Shown: positions 8,900-17,512 of the stretch, one piece after another | Position numbering within the stretch: position 1 is the stretch's first letter | Layout: each line of letters begins with the position of its first letter | Source of the DNA: Thermoproteota archaeon | GTDB lineage: Archaea; Korarchaeota; Korarchaeia; Korarchaeales; Korarchaeaceae | Assembly (NCBI GenBank): GCA_027491395.1 | Contig: JAOZFI010000053.1 | Location: 1 to 35,514, forward strand | DNA length: 35,514 nt | Direction of reading: 5' to 3' | Made by a program: the position numbers and the translations under genes | Notes under the pieces: model-generated | Database searches by the model: none | What the model saw: only the letters and a program-made list of their open reading frames with translations | Told to the model about the DNA's origin: nothing

Positions 8900-9708
8900 T
8901 CTCCCTCATTGAGTTTCTTGGCTATCTCCTTAGCTCTCTTTGTGGCAGCCTCAACGGCCTTCATCACGGCGGTCCTTATACCGCTCTCCTCCAAGTAGAA
9001 TATGCCTTCTATGGTTGTCCCAGCCGGGGTGAGGACCATCTCCTTTATTTCCGCGGGATGCCTCCCTGACTCGAGGTAGAGCTTCGCCGTCCCGAACACC
9101 GTGTAGGCTGAGCTCAGGTAGGCGAAGTCCCTCGGTAGACCCACCTTCAAACCGGCGTAGGCCATGGCCTCAATCAAGGTCGCTATATAGGCCGGGCCGC
9201 TCCCGCTCAACGCAGTGACTGCATCCATCAGCTCCTCGTCAACCTCGTGGGCCTCTCCCATCTCTTTCAGGAGCTGTACAACTACAGCTTCATCCCTAGA
9301 GTCTAGGTCTGGTCCCTTAGAGTAGGCGGTGAAAGAGGCCTTCACCATGACAGCTATGTTCGGCATCGCCCTGACTATCTTGGCTCCGGGTGCGGCGGCC
9401 TTGAGCTTCTTTATCGGAATCGCTGCAGCCACAGATATTACTATCTTCCCCTCTATCAAGTCTGAGATCTCCTTAAGCACGTCGACCGCCTTGTAGGGTT
9501 TGACGGCGATTATCACTATATCGGAGTTGGCAGCGACCTCCCTGTTGTCGCTCGTCACCCTAACGCCCAGCCTCCTCAACTCCTCCAGCTCGTGCACCTT
9601 CCTCCTAGAAGCTATCACGGACCATCTGCCACTCTCGGCCAGTACCTTGGCCATAGCGGAACCGATCTGACCCGCCCCTATTATACCGACGTTCCTCATA
9701 TTCGCCAA
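8896..9708 (-). CDS. proC: Pyrroline-5-carboxylate reductase
   Basis: GAGQIG, AVKP, RAMPN, TALSGSGPAY, TPAGTTIEG. Confidence 0.95.
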   Translation of the reverse strand: MANMRNVGIIGAGQIGSAMAKVLAESGRWSVIASRRKVHELEELRRLGVRVTSDNREVAANSDIVIIAVKPYKAVDVLKEISDLIEGKIVISVAAAIPIKKLKAAAPGAKIVRAMPNIAVMVKASFTAYSKGPDLDSRDEAVVVQLLKEMGEAHEVDEELMDAVTALSGSGPAYIATLIEAMAYAGLKVGLPRDFAYLSSAYTVFGTAKLYLESGRHPAEIKEMVLTPAGTTIEGIFYLEESGIRTAVMKAVEAATKRAKEIAKKLNEGD

Positions 9709-9757
9709 CCCTCATTCGATCCCTTAAAAATTGAGTGTGGAATGGGGCTCGAGCCCC

Positions 9758-10045
9758 TTATAGCGCGAGGGAGTAGAGGCCCTCCTCAGATCTCTTCACT
9801 ATCCCCTTCCTTGCGAGGGACCTCATCTTGGCCGCTACCTTCTGTGTGGAGAAGCCAGCCTCTTTCGCTATCTCACCGCACTTGGCGGGCTTTCCTATCT
9901 TCTCCAAGGCCTTCAATATCTTCTTAGCATCCTCATCCACGTCAAGTGCCTCTATCTTGCTCTTCTCGGTCTTCTTGGCTTTTGTCTTCCTGCTAGAGGT
10001 TTTCTTCGTGCTCTTAGACTTGCTACCCTTCTTCTTACAGGGCAT
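9758..10045 (-). CDS. Small basic winged-helix DNA-binding protein with Lys/Ser/Thr-rich N-terminal tail
   Basis: SD GGTGA-4nt-ATG; 13 Lys and 1 Arg in the first 30 aa, then the wHTH pattern ILKAL...GEIAKEAG.....V...MRSLARKGIV......Y. Confidence 0.8.
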   Translation of the reverse strand: MPCKKKGSKSKSTKKTSSRKTKAKKTEKSKIEALDVDEDAKKILKALEKIGKPAKCGEIAKEAGFSTQKVAAKMRSLARKGIVKRSEEGLYSLAL

Positions 10046-10251
10046 TAGATCACCTTTCGCTTGGACCCACGAGCAAAATTAATACTTTACTTTTGAAATC
10101 ACTGATTAAGGCAAGGGAATCTACGAGGAAGTCTCAATCCTTTATCATTAAGATCTTTAACTCACATGGTGAGACGGCTTCCTTGCCTATTTACGTCGAA
10201 CGTTGAATTACATCTATTAAATATGATATGACCGTAAATTATGGTGGGGCC

Positions 10252-10509
10252 ATGATCAAGGTGATCGATTGGAACAATTTCCCCGATGTCCCTGAGGATT
10301 TCTCCAAGTTGGACCTCGCTGAGGTCAAGAGAGTATATGATTACGAGCTCCCTCCCCTCGTCGTGTACGCAGGAGTTGCTGAAGACCGTGAAGGTCGTGC
10401 GATCCCTGTTGTGGCTGTGGTAGAGGAGGGTACAGAGATAGCCAAGCTCTATATCCTCGAGAGAGGTGAGGAGAGCGTAGAGAGGGAGCTTATAGCTTCT
10501 CTCGTGTGA
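10252..10509 (+). CDS. Small acidic hypothetical protein
   Basis: GGTGG-4nt-ATG at 10252, host-like codons, followed by a T-tract terminator. Confidence 0.7.
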   Translation: MIKVIDWNNFPDVPEDFSKLDLAEVKRVYDYELPPLVVYAGVAEDREGRAIPVVAVVEEGTEIAKLYILERGEESVERELIASLV

Positions 10510-10514
10510 GGAAC

Positions 10515-10527
10515 TTTTTTCTTTTTA
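10515..10527 (+). terminator. Oligo-T archaeal terminator
   Basis: T-tract directly after the stop at 10509. Confidence 0.5.
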
Positions 10528-10554
10528 CAAACCCCCTCTCGTGGGGTGGTCCTG

Positions 10555-12495
10555 TTGATCCGTCGGATTGCTGTTTTAGGAGCTGGTACGATGGGGCATG
10601 GTATCGCACAGGTAGCTGCTATGGCTGGGTACGAGGTGGTAATGAGGGACATAAAGAAGGAGTTCGTTCAGAGCGGACTTAACAGGATAAGGGCTAGTTT
10701 GGAGAAGTTCGTTAAAAAAGGCAAGATGTCGGATGAAGAAATGAAAGAGGTGCTATCGAGAATAAGGACGACTCTTGATCTAGAAGATGCCGTTAGGGAT
10801 GCAGACTTCATTATAGAGGCCATTCCAGAGGTTTTCGACATAAAGGCCGATACGTTCAGGACGGTTGATAGGGTAGCGCCTCGCCATGCCGTGATAGCCA
10901 CAAACACGAGTAGTCTCCCCATAACCGAGCTGGCTTCAGTCACCTCTCGGCCTGATAAATTCGTTGGAATGCACTTCTTCAATCCTCCTCAGCTGATGAA
11001 GCTCGTAGAAGTGGTCAGGGGAGCGAAGACCTCCGATGAGACGGTCAACATCACGGTCGAGCTGGCGAAATCCATGGGTAAGGTGCCTGTAGTTGTGGCC
11101 AAGGATGTTCCGGGCTTCATCGTGAACAGGGTGCTGGTGAGATGGCTTAACGAGGCCTGCCTGATCATGGAGAGGGAAGGAGTGGATAAGCTCCTCATAG
11201 ATGCGGCACTCAAGGGCAAAGCCGGTCTCCCAATGGGGGCTTTCGAGCTATCAGATTTCATCGGTCTTGACGTGATGAGGGACATAATCGACGCGATGGT
11301 CCAGAGAGGCTTTATTCTCACCCCATGCAAGAGCTGGAAGGAGCTCCCCGAGGGTGGAAAGCTGGGCAGGAAGAGTGGCCAGGGCTTCTACGACTGGTCC
11401 TCAGGGAGACCCAACATACCCGCTGACCCCGATGCGCCCTTCGATCCATTGGAGGTCCTGAGCATGGCCATAAACGAGGCGGCATGGTTGGTAAGGAGCG
11501 GAGTAGCCTCAGCAGAGGATGTGGACAGGGCTGTTGTACTGGGGCTCAACTTTCCGAAGGGGCCCCTCAAGATGGCTGACGAGATAGGATTGGATAGAGT
11601 AAAGGCGGTGATAGAGGCTAAGAAGGAAAGGTGCGGCCTCCCGGAGTACGAGGTGGATCCTCTAATCACCGAGAAGGTGGGCAGGGGAGAGTTGGGGGTG
11701 AAGTCCGGCAGAGGTTTCTTCGATTACGGACTCAAGGAGAAGGAGTTTGGACCGGTCCTGTATCGGGAAACCCCACCGATAGCTTGGATCATCATTAACA
11801 GGCCGGATAAGCTCAACGCGATCAACATGGATGTCGTGGAGGGAATAATGTCGGCACTCGACGAAGCTGAGAGCGAGGCCATCAGGGTGGTGGTGATCAC
11901 CGGGGAGGGAAGGGCATTCAGCGCGGGAGCCGATGTGACCATGTTCAAGGAGCTAAAACCCATTGAGGCCTTTGAACTCTCAAAGAGACTTAATGAGGCC
12001 TTTAGAAGGATAAGAGAGTTCCGAAAACCTGTCATCGCCATGGTGAATGGTTTCGCATTGGGTGGGGGCTTGGAACTGGCGATGGCCTGCGATCTGAGGG
12101 TAGCAAGCGACAGGGCGCAGTTCGGACAACCAGAGATAACTTTGGGGATAATAACCGGGGCGGGTGGATCCTACAGGCTCCCTGAACTTGTAGGGAAAGC
12201 CAAAGCCAAGGAGCTTTTGTTAACCGGGGATCTCATAGGCGCTGATGAGGCCCTCAGGATAGGGCTGGTGAATAGAGTTACCCCTCACGATAAACTGGAG
12301 GAAGAAACTAGGTCACTGGCCATGAAGATAGCTGAGAGACCAGCGAAGGCCCTAGAGATATACAAGGCCCTCCTGAATGGCACCAAGTTGGATGTGGAGA
12401 CCTTGGCTTTTGGGCTGGTATTCGGGACTGAGGACTCCAAGGAGGGAATAAACGCCTTCTTAGAGAAGAGGAAGCCCGGGTTCAAGGGTAAATGA
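10555..12495 (+). CDS. 3-hydroxyacyl-CoA dehydrogenase / enoyl-CoA hydratase fusion
   Basis: GAGTMGHGIA, NTSSL, GMHFFNP, PGFIVNR, duplicated 3HCDH C-domain, crotonase FSAGAD, ALGGGLELA.ACD, PEI.LG. Confidence 0.95.
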   Translation: MIRRIAVLGAGTMGHGIAQVAAMAGYEVVMRDIKKEFVQSGLNRIRASLEKFVKKGKMSDEEMKEVLSRIRTTLDLEDAVRDADFIIEAIPEVFDIKADTFRTVDRVAPRHAVIATNTSSLPITELASVTSRPDKFVGMHFFNPPQLMKLVEVVRGAKTSDETVNITVELAKSMGKVPVVVAKDVPGFIVNRVLVRWLNEACLIMEREGVDKLLIDAALKGKAGLPMGAFELSDFIGLDVMRDIIDAMVQRGFILTPCKSWKELPEGGKLGRKSGQGFYDWSSGRPNIPADPDAPFDPLEVLSMAINEAAWLVRSGVASAEDVDRAVVLGLNFPKGPLKMADEIGLDRVKAVIEAKKERCGLPEYEVDPLITEKVGRGELGVKSGRGFFDYGLKEKEFGPVLYRETPPIAWIIINRPDKLNAINMDVVEGIMSALDEAESEAIRVVVITGEGRAFSAGADVTMFKELKPIEAFELSKRLNEAFRRIREFRKPVIAMVNGFALGGGLELAMACDLRVASDRAQFGQPEITLGIITGAGGSYRLPELVGKAKAKELLLTGDLIGADEALRIGLVNRVTPHDKLEEETRSLAMKIAERPAKALEIYKALLNGTKLDVETLAFGLVFGTEDSKEGINAFLEKRKPGFKGK

Positions 12496-12507
12496 TCCCT
12501 ACTCCTC

Positions 12508-12519
12508 CTTTTTTCTTTT
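12508..12519 (+). terminator. Oligo-T terminator between convergent genes
   Basis: T-tract (CTTTTTTCTTTT) just after the stop at 12495. Confidence 0.45.
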
Positions 12520-12549
12520 CTACTCTAACTCTAGGGAAAAAGTAAGGAA

Positions 12550-12756
12550 TCAGACTTGGACTATGTATATGTCCTTGCAAGCCTTCACGGCATCGTAGGG
12601 TATCGTCCTTCGCTCGCCCCTCCTTCCCGTGGAGACCACTAGGGCGGCCAACCTTCCCTCCACATCGTCGAAAACGAAATCCTCCGTTATCCCCAGATAC
12701 TGACCATCGCTTGTATATACCTGCATCTCATAGAGTTCCGAAATCTTCCTAGCCAT
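12550..12756 (-). CDS. Stand-alone PRC-barrel protein (CdpB-like)
   Basis: ISELY...VYTSDG.YLG..ED..FD...G.L..L.V ... IPYD.V....D..IV PRC-barrel pattern; SD GAGGTGA. Confidence 0.85.
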   Translation of the reverse strand: MARKISELYEMQVYTSDGQYLGITEDFVFDDVEGRLAALVVSTGRRGERRTIPYDAVKACKDIYIVQV

Positions 12757-12760
12757 GGGA

Positions 12761-13453
12761 TCACCTCAGAATGATCCTAGCGTCAACGACCTTTATCCCC
12801 TTCGGATATGCAATGACCGGATTTAAATCCATCTCAGCTATCTCCTCAATGTCAAGTCCCATCTGACCCACCTTTATGAGAGCATCTTTGAGGGCCTCCA
12901 GATCAACCGGTTCCATTCCCCTGAACCCGATAAGCAGCTTGTAGGCCTTGATCTCTTTAATCATGGAGTCCGCGTCGTATTCTGAGAGAGGAGCTACCCT
13001 GAAGGAGACATCCCTGTACACCTCGACGAATACACCGCCCAGTCCGAACATGACCGTGGGCCCGAACTGGGGATCCCTGATCAGACCTATTATCAACTCT
13101 AGGCCTTGGGGAGCGAACTCCTGAACGAGTATGCCAGTTATCCTCGCGTTAGGTACGTTGGCCTTCACGCTCCCCAGAATACCCCTGTAAGCATTTCTAA
13201 CTTCTTCCTCAGTTTTCAGGTTAACCTTAACCCCTCCGATGTCGCTCTTGTGGATGACATCTGGAGACACTATCTTCAAAACAACGGGAAATCCTATCTC
13301 TCTAGCGGCCTCGATAGCCTCATCCTCACTTCTAGCTAGGCGTATCTTGGTTACAGGTATTCCGTAACTAGCTATGAGCTCCTTGGCTTCATGCTCCAAG
13401 AGAACCTTCCTTCCCTCCTCCTTGGCCTTAGAAACGATCTCCTGAGGCTCCAA
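12761..13453 (-). CDS. acdB: ADP-forming acyl-CoA synthetase beta subunit (ATP-grasp)
   Basis: LLEHEAKEL, IGFPVVLKIVSP...HKSDIGGV, DPQFGP..MFGLGG..VE, EMDLNP, VDAR; GGTGA SD supports TTG 13453. Confidence 0.93.
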   Translation of the reverse strand: MEPQEIVSKAKEEGRKVLLEHEAKELIASYGIPVTKIRLARSEDEAIEAAREIGFPVVLKIVSPDVIHKSDIGGVKVNLKTEEEVRNAYRGILGSVKANVPNARITGILVQEFAPQGLELIIGLIRDPQFGPTVMFGLGGVFVEVYRDVSFRVAPLSEYDADSMIKEIKAYKLLIGFRGMEPVDLEALKDALIKVGQMGLDIEEIAEMDLNPVIAYPKGIKVVDARIILR

Positions 13454-13525
13454 TGAGATCACCGGTAGATCTGGCGGGCATAGTAAATAAAGTTGTCACG
13501 CTTGGGGGCTCCAAAATGGGAGAGG

Positions 13526-14809
13526 TCAGGGCCACCAGAGGCCCTTCTTCAACCTCTTCAGCTTGATAATGCTTCTAGTGACCCTTTTTGTGGGTCTATC
13601 CCTCTTAGCCCTCTTTACCTTCTCGGGTTTCTCCTCTTCCTTCTCTTCATCCCTCGGTCTCGCTCTCAAGGCCTCCTTTGGCACGTAGTACCTTCCAGCC
13701 CTGTCCTTCTCGAGCAGTCCGGTGACTACGAGGGCCTCGAGTCTGGAGTAGGCGAGCGATATGGGGACCTCGGCCTCTATCGCCACCTTCTCCAAACCGA
13801 CGGGTCCACCATTGAAGTTCCTCAGTATGAGGTCTAACTCCCTTCTCATCTTCGGTGGAGCCTTCTTCACATACTCTAAGATCTCCTTCTCGGCATCCAG
13901 CACCTTATCGAACACGTACATGTCCACCCGACTCCTGCCGAGTATGACGGCCACATCGAGGCTTTTGGAGAGTAGCTCGAGTAGCCTCGCAGGATTGCCC
14001 TCAGCGATCCGATTGGCTGCAAGCACCACATCCTCCGTCAACGGATCGAGAGGGGACTCCGGTTCTCTGGCCCTGAACTTGCTCAACCTCTTGGAGACCA
14101 AGCTGATGGCCTCATCTTCGGTTAGGGGAGGTAAGGCTATTCTCTCGTGTACCCTCGACGTCAGAGCTGGGAACCTCTTATCCAGCTCCTCATAGGCCTC
14201 ATCGCTCATGGCCATGACCACCAATATGCCCTCGGGCATAACGGAAACTATCTCCCTTATCATCTCGAAGAAGAAGAAGGACCACCTCTCGTCGGCGTAC
14301 ATCATGTTGTGCACATCGTCAAGTAGCAGCGCTGAGGGAGCTATCGAGTCTAAGGCCTTCACTATCATTCTCCCCGCCTCAGCAGGGGAAGTCTTCAGCT
14401 GATCGAGTTCCTCGTCGGTTAGACTCTCTGGCATTCCCAAGAGGACCTTCTTCAGGGCCTTCGTTATACTCCTAGAGAGTTCGTAGGAGGTTATAAGGAG
14501 ATTATCTATTATGTCGGGTCCCTCTACGACCGATATTTCTTGATAGATGGAATCTAACTCAGCATTTGTGTAGGAGAACTTGAGGAGGTGGAGTCTCAAG
14601 CTTCTACCGGATCCGGGAGGTCCCGTCAGGGCGACAAATGCGGAGGCCACCCCGGACATGGCCTCCGCCGCCAGTGAGTCTAGAATATCGTCCACCCACT
14701 GCTTGCTGAATATGGAACTCGGATCCTCCAACTCGATGATCGACGATCTCAGGAAGGGATTCCTGTACAGCCCTAGAAGCTGATGGTAATGGCTCGGACT
14801 GGCGGACAA
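13526..14809 (-). CDS. AAA+ P-loop NTPase (ExeA/Cdc6-like fold) with C-terminal winged helix and basic tail; degenerate Walker motifs
   Basis: LGLYRNPF, GPPGSGRS, LLLDDVH, PALTSR, GNPARLL, C-terminal LEKVA.EA.V....AYSRLEAL...GLL. Confidence 0.75.
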   Translation of the reverse strand: MSASPSHYHQLLGLYRNPFLRSSIIELEDPSSIFSKQWVDDILDSLAAEAMSGVASAFVALTGPPGSGRSLRLHLLKFSYTNAELDSIYQEISVVEGPDIIDNLLITSYELSRSITKALKKVLLGMPESLTDEELDQLKTSPAEAGRMIVKALDSIAPSALLLDDVHNMMYADERWSFFFFEMIREIVSVMPEGILVVMAMSDEAYEELDKRFPALTSRVHERIALPPLTEDEAISLVSKRLSKFRAREPESPLDPLTEDVVLAANRIAEGNPARLLELLSKSLDVAVILGRSRVDMYVFDKVLDAEKEILEYVKKAPPKMRRELDLILRNFNGGPVGLEKVAIEAEVPISLAYSRLEALVVTGLLEKDRAGRYYVPKEALRARPRDEEKEEEKPEKVKRAKRDRPTKRVTRSIIKLKRLKKGLWWP

Positions 14810-14902
14810 CTTTTATCATCTCCCAGCTTGGAGCACTCATCTCCCTTAAAAAAGGCTCGGAGCCATAGGGAAAATCAGCCTAATGTCGCAAAGGTGCTCG
14901 AT

Positions 14903-15187
14903 CTAAGGTCGACTTGAAGATCCTGCTCTATCTTTGGAGTTCTCTAGCTAGGAAATCAGGGACCTGATCCCCTCCTCTGGTGGCTTTCCTCGGATCTTGG
15001 GGAACATGAACAGGTAGCAACCTTTCTCCGTTCAGATCTCAATGAAAGGGACTTTCTCAGTAAGAAGGAAACTCCCTTCCCTTCTCCTCCTGCCGTATGC
15101 TTAGTGGGATACAAGATAGAACCGTACCCTCTCAGCGACCTCGCCGATACCTACGCACCTATTCACTGCCGGTTGGGCGACTCGCAT
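14903..15187 (-). pseudogene. Possible degraded ORF
   Basis: ATG 15187 opens a purine-rich protein-like frame interrupted by TAA 15101-15103, TGA 15032-15034 and TAG 14948-14950. Confidence 0.25.
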
Positions 15188-15198
15188 CCAATCCTCAA

Positions 15199-15240
15199 CC
15201 TTTTTAACTCCGATTGTGAGGGACCCATGACGGTAGGTGA
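15199..15240 (+). promoter_or_regulatory. TATA-like box and SD of EF-2
   Basis: TTTTTAA at about 15200-15207, then AGGTGA 6 nt before TTG 15247. Confidence 0.5.
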
Positions 15241-15246
15241 TATGAT

Positions 15247-17466
15247 TTGCAGAAGTATAAGAAGGTTATAGAGCACCTACAGGGCCTTATGAAGGATCCC
15301 CGGAACATAAAGAACATAGGCATTATCGCGCACGTCGATCACGGCAAGACCACGCTCTCTGATAACTTGCTCTCGGCCGCTGGAATGATCAGTGACAAGA
15401 TGGCAGGTGAGATGCGAGCGCTAGACTATCACGAGATAGAGCAAGCTAGGGGTATAACTATAAAGGCAGCCAACATCTCTCTCTACTATCAGAAGGACGG
15501 CAGGGAGTACGCGATAAACTTGGTGGATACACCGGGCCACATAGACTTCACCGGTCATGTGACACGGTCCCTTAGGGTCATAGACGGCGCTATAGTCGTG
15601 GTAGATGCAGTGGAGGAGGTCATGGTCCAGACCGAGACCGTGACGAGACAGGCGCTGGAGGAGAGGGTGAGGCCACTTCTCTTCATAAACAAAGTGGACA
15701 GGCTCATAAAGGAGCTCAAGCTGACCCCTCAGGAGGTCCAGCAGAAGATTCTCAGGATAATTAGGGAGTTTAATAATCTGATTGAGGCATACGCCGAGCC
15801 CGAGTTCAGGGAAAAGTGGAAGGTAAGGTGGGACAACGACAGCGTGGCCTTCGGTTCCGCCCTTCATGGCTGGGGTCTCACAAACTCTATAGCCGCCAAG
15901 AAGGGGGTCAAGTTCTCCGATATAATAGACTCTTACGCTGAGGATCCGGATGGAGTCATCCTGAGAAAGGAACTACCGGTCCACGAGGCTCTCCTAGACA
16001 TGGTAACCCTACACGTTCCGAGTCCCACTGAGGCCCAGCCCTACAGGATAGACAGGCTGTGGAAGGATCAGCATGACGAGGAGATAGTCAGCGCCCTGAA
16101 GTCGTGTGACCCCAACGGTCCCCTCATCGTTGGAGTCAATGCCGTCAGGGTGGATCCCCATGCAGGTGTGGTCGTTACTGGAAGGGTCTTCAGCGGTACT
16201 CTCAGAGAAGGAGAGGAGGTTTACCTGCTCAACGCGAAGAAGAAACAGAAAATCCAGCAGACAAGCATCTACATGGGCCCATACAGGCTCAGAATGGAGG
16301 AGATTCCAGCTGGTAACATAGCGGCTGTCCTAGGACTCACCTCGGCTAGCTCGGGAGAGACCGTGATATCTCCTGAGATAAAGGAGAGGGTACAGCAGGG
16401 GTTCGAGGCCATAAGGTACGTGACCGAGCCCGTGGTTACCGTGGCAGTTGAGGCCAAGAACCCGCAGGACCTCCCCAAGCTCATAGACACCCTGAGAAAG
16501 CTCACACTCCAAGATCCTAACTTGGTGATGATTCACAATCAGGAGACGGGAGAGATCCTCCTAAAAGGAACCGGAGAGCTTCACCTCGAGATATCCCTTT
16601 ACGAGGTTAAGAAATCCGGGCTGGAATTCGAGGTCAGCGAACCCACCGTGGTCTACAGGGAGAGCGTCAAGGGACAGAGTGATGTCGTGCTGGCCAAGTC
16701 TCCCAACAAGCTGAACAGGCTCTGGGTCACCGCTTCACCCCTCGACGAGAAAGTAGTTAACCTCATCCGCGAGAGGAAGGTCAACGAGAGAATGGACAGC
16801 AGGAGCGTGGCCAAGATACTCAGGGAAGAGGGAGGAATGGAAACTGACGATGCTAGGAATATCTGGAAGATAGACGAGGAGAACTACAACCTCTTCATAA
16901 ACAGGACAGTAGGGGTGCAGAGGCTGGACGAGGTCAGGGAGATCTTAAAGCAGGGCTTCATGTGGGTCATGAGAGAGGGGCCTCTAGCTGGAGAGCCCGT
17001 GATGGGCGTGGCCATAAGGCTGGTCAACGCCATGATACACGAAGACCCAGCCCACAGGGGTCCGGCACAGCTCACCCCTGCCATAAGGAGGGCCATATTC
17101 GGTGCCATGCTGAGCGCCGATCCAGTGTTACTCGAACCGATCTATGAGATACAAGTCTCCACACCACCCGAACTGATAGGGTCGGTGATATCTCTCATAT
17201 CCCAAAAGAGGGGCAAGGTAATTGGAGTGGAGGAAAGAGGTAGGGTAAGCGTTGTGAAAGGCTATATACCGGTCAGGGAGACTCTTGGAGGCTTCAGCAA
17301 CGAGATGAGGAGCGTCACCAGCGGTAGAGCCTTCTGGCAGACCAAGTTCTCTCACTGGGAGCCCTTACCCAAGAGCCTGATGGAGCAGGTCATCTTGGAG
17401 ATAAGGAGAAGGAAGGGCATGAAAGAGGAGATACCTAAAGCGGAGGAGTACATGGATACCCTCTAA
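15247..17466 (+). CDS. fusA: Translation elongation factor aEF-2
   Basis: AHVDHGKTT, RGITI, DTPGH, NKVD, GSAL, GELHLE, EGPLAGEP, diphthamide-loop HEDPAHRGPAQ. Confidence 0.97.
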   Translation: MQKYKKVIEHLQGLMKDPRNIKNIGIIAHVDHGKTTLSDNLLSAAGMISDKMAGEMRALDYHEIEQARGITIKAANISLYYQKDGREYAINLVDTPGHIDFTGHVTRSLRVIDGAIVVVDAVEEVMVQTETVTRQALEERVRPLLFINKVDRLIKELKLTPQEVQQKILRIIREFNNLIEAYAEPEFREKWKVRWDNDSVAFGSALHGWGLTNSIAAKKGVKFSDIIDSYAEDPDGVILRKELPVHEALLDMVTLHVPSPTEAQPYRIDRLWKDQHDEEIVSALKSCDPNGPLIVGVNAVRVDPHAGVVVTGRVFSGTLREGEEVYLLNAKKKQKIQQTSIYMGPYRLRMEEIPAGNIAAVLGLTSASSGETVISPEIKERVQQGFEAIRYVTEPVVTVAVEAKNPQDLPKLIDTLRKLTLQDPNLVMIHNQETGEILLKGTGELHLEISLYEVKKSGLEFEVSEPTVVYRESVKGQSDVVLAKSPNKLNRLWVTASPLDEKVVNLIRERKVNERMDSRSVAKILREEGGMETDDARNIWKIDEENYNLFINRTVGVQRLDEVREILKQGFMWVMREGPLAGEPVMGVAIRLVNAMIHEDPAHRGPAQLTPAIRRAIFGAMLSADPVLLEPIYEIQVSTPPELIGSVISLISQKRGKVIGVEERGRVSVVKGYIPVRETLGGFSNEMRSVTSGRAFWQTKFSHWEPLPKSLMEQVILEIRRRKGMKEEIPKAEEYMDTL

Positions 17467-17512
17467 GCTTTTCCCTCTTTCTCTCTGAGAGCCACATCCC
17501 GACTTTATCTTT

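Noticed and set aside
9758-9950. Z-alpha (Z-DNA-binding) domain assignment for the wHTH
   Set aside because: Lacks the Asn/Tyr recognition-helix residues and the wing Trp typical of Z-alpha
14810-15246. Replication origin next to a Cdc6-like gene
   Set aside because: No repeated ORB/mini-ORB motifs with G-strings and no AT-rich unwinding element visible
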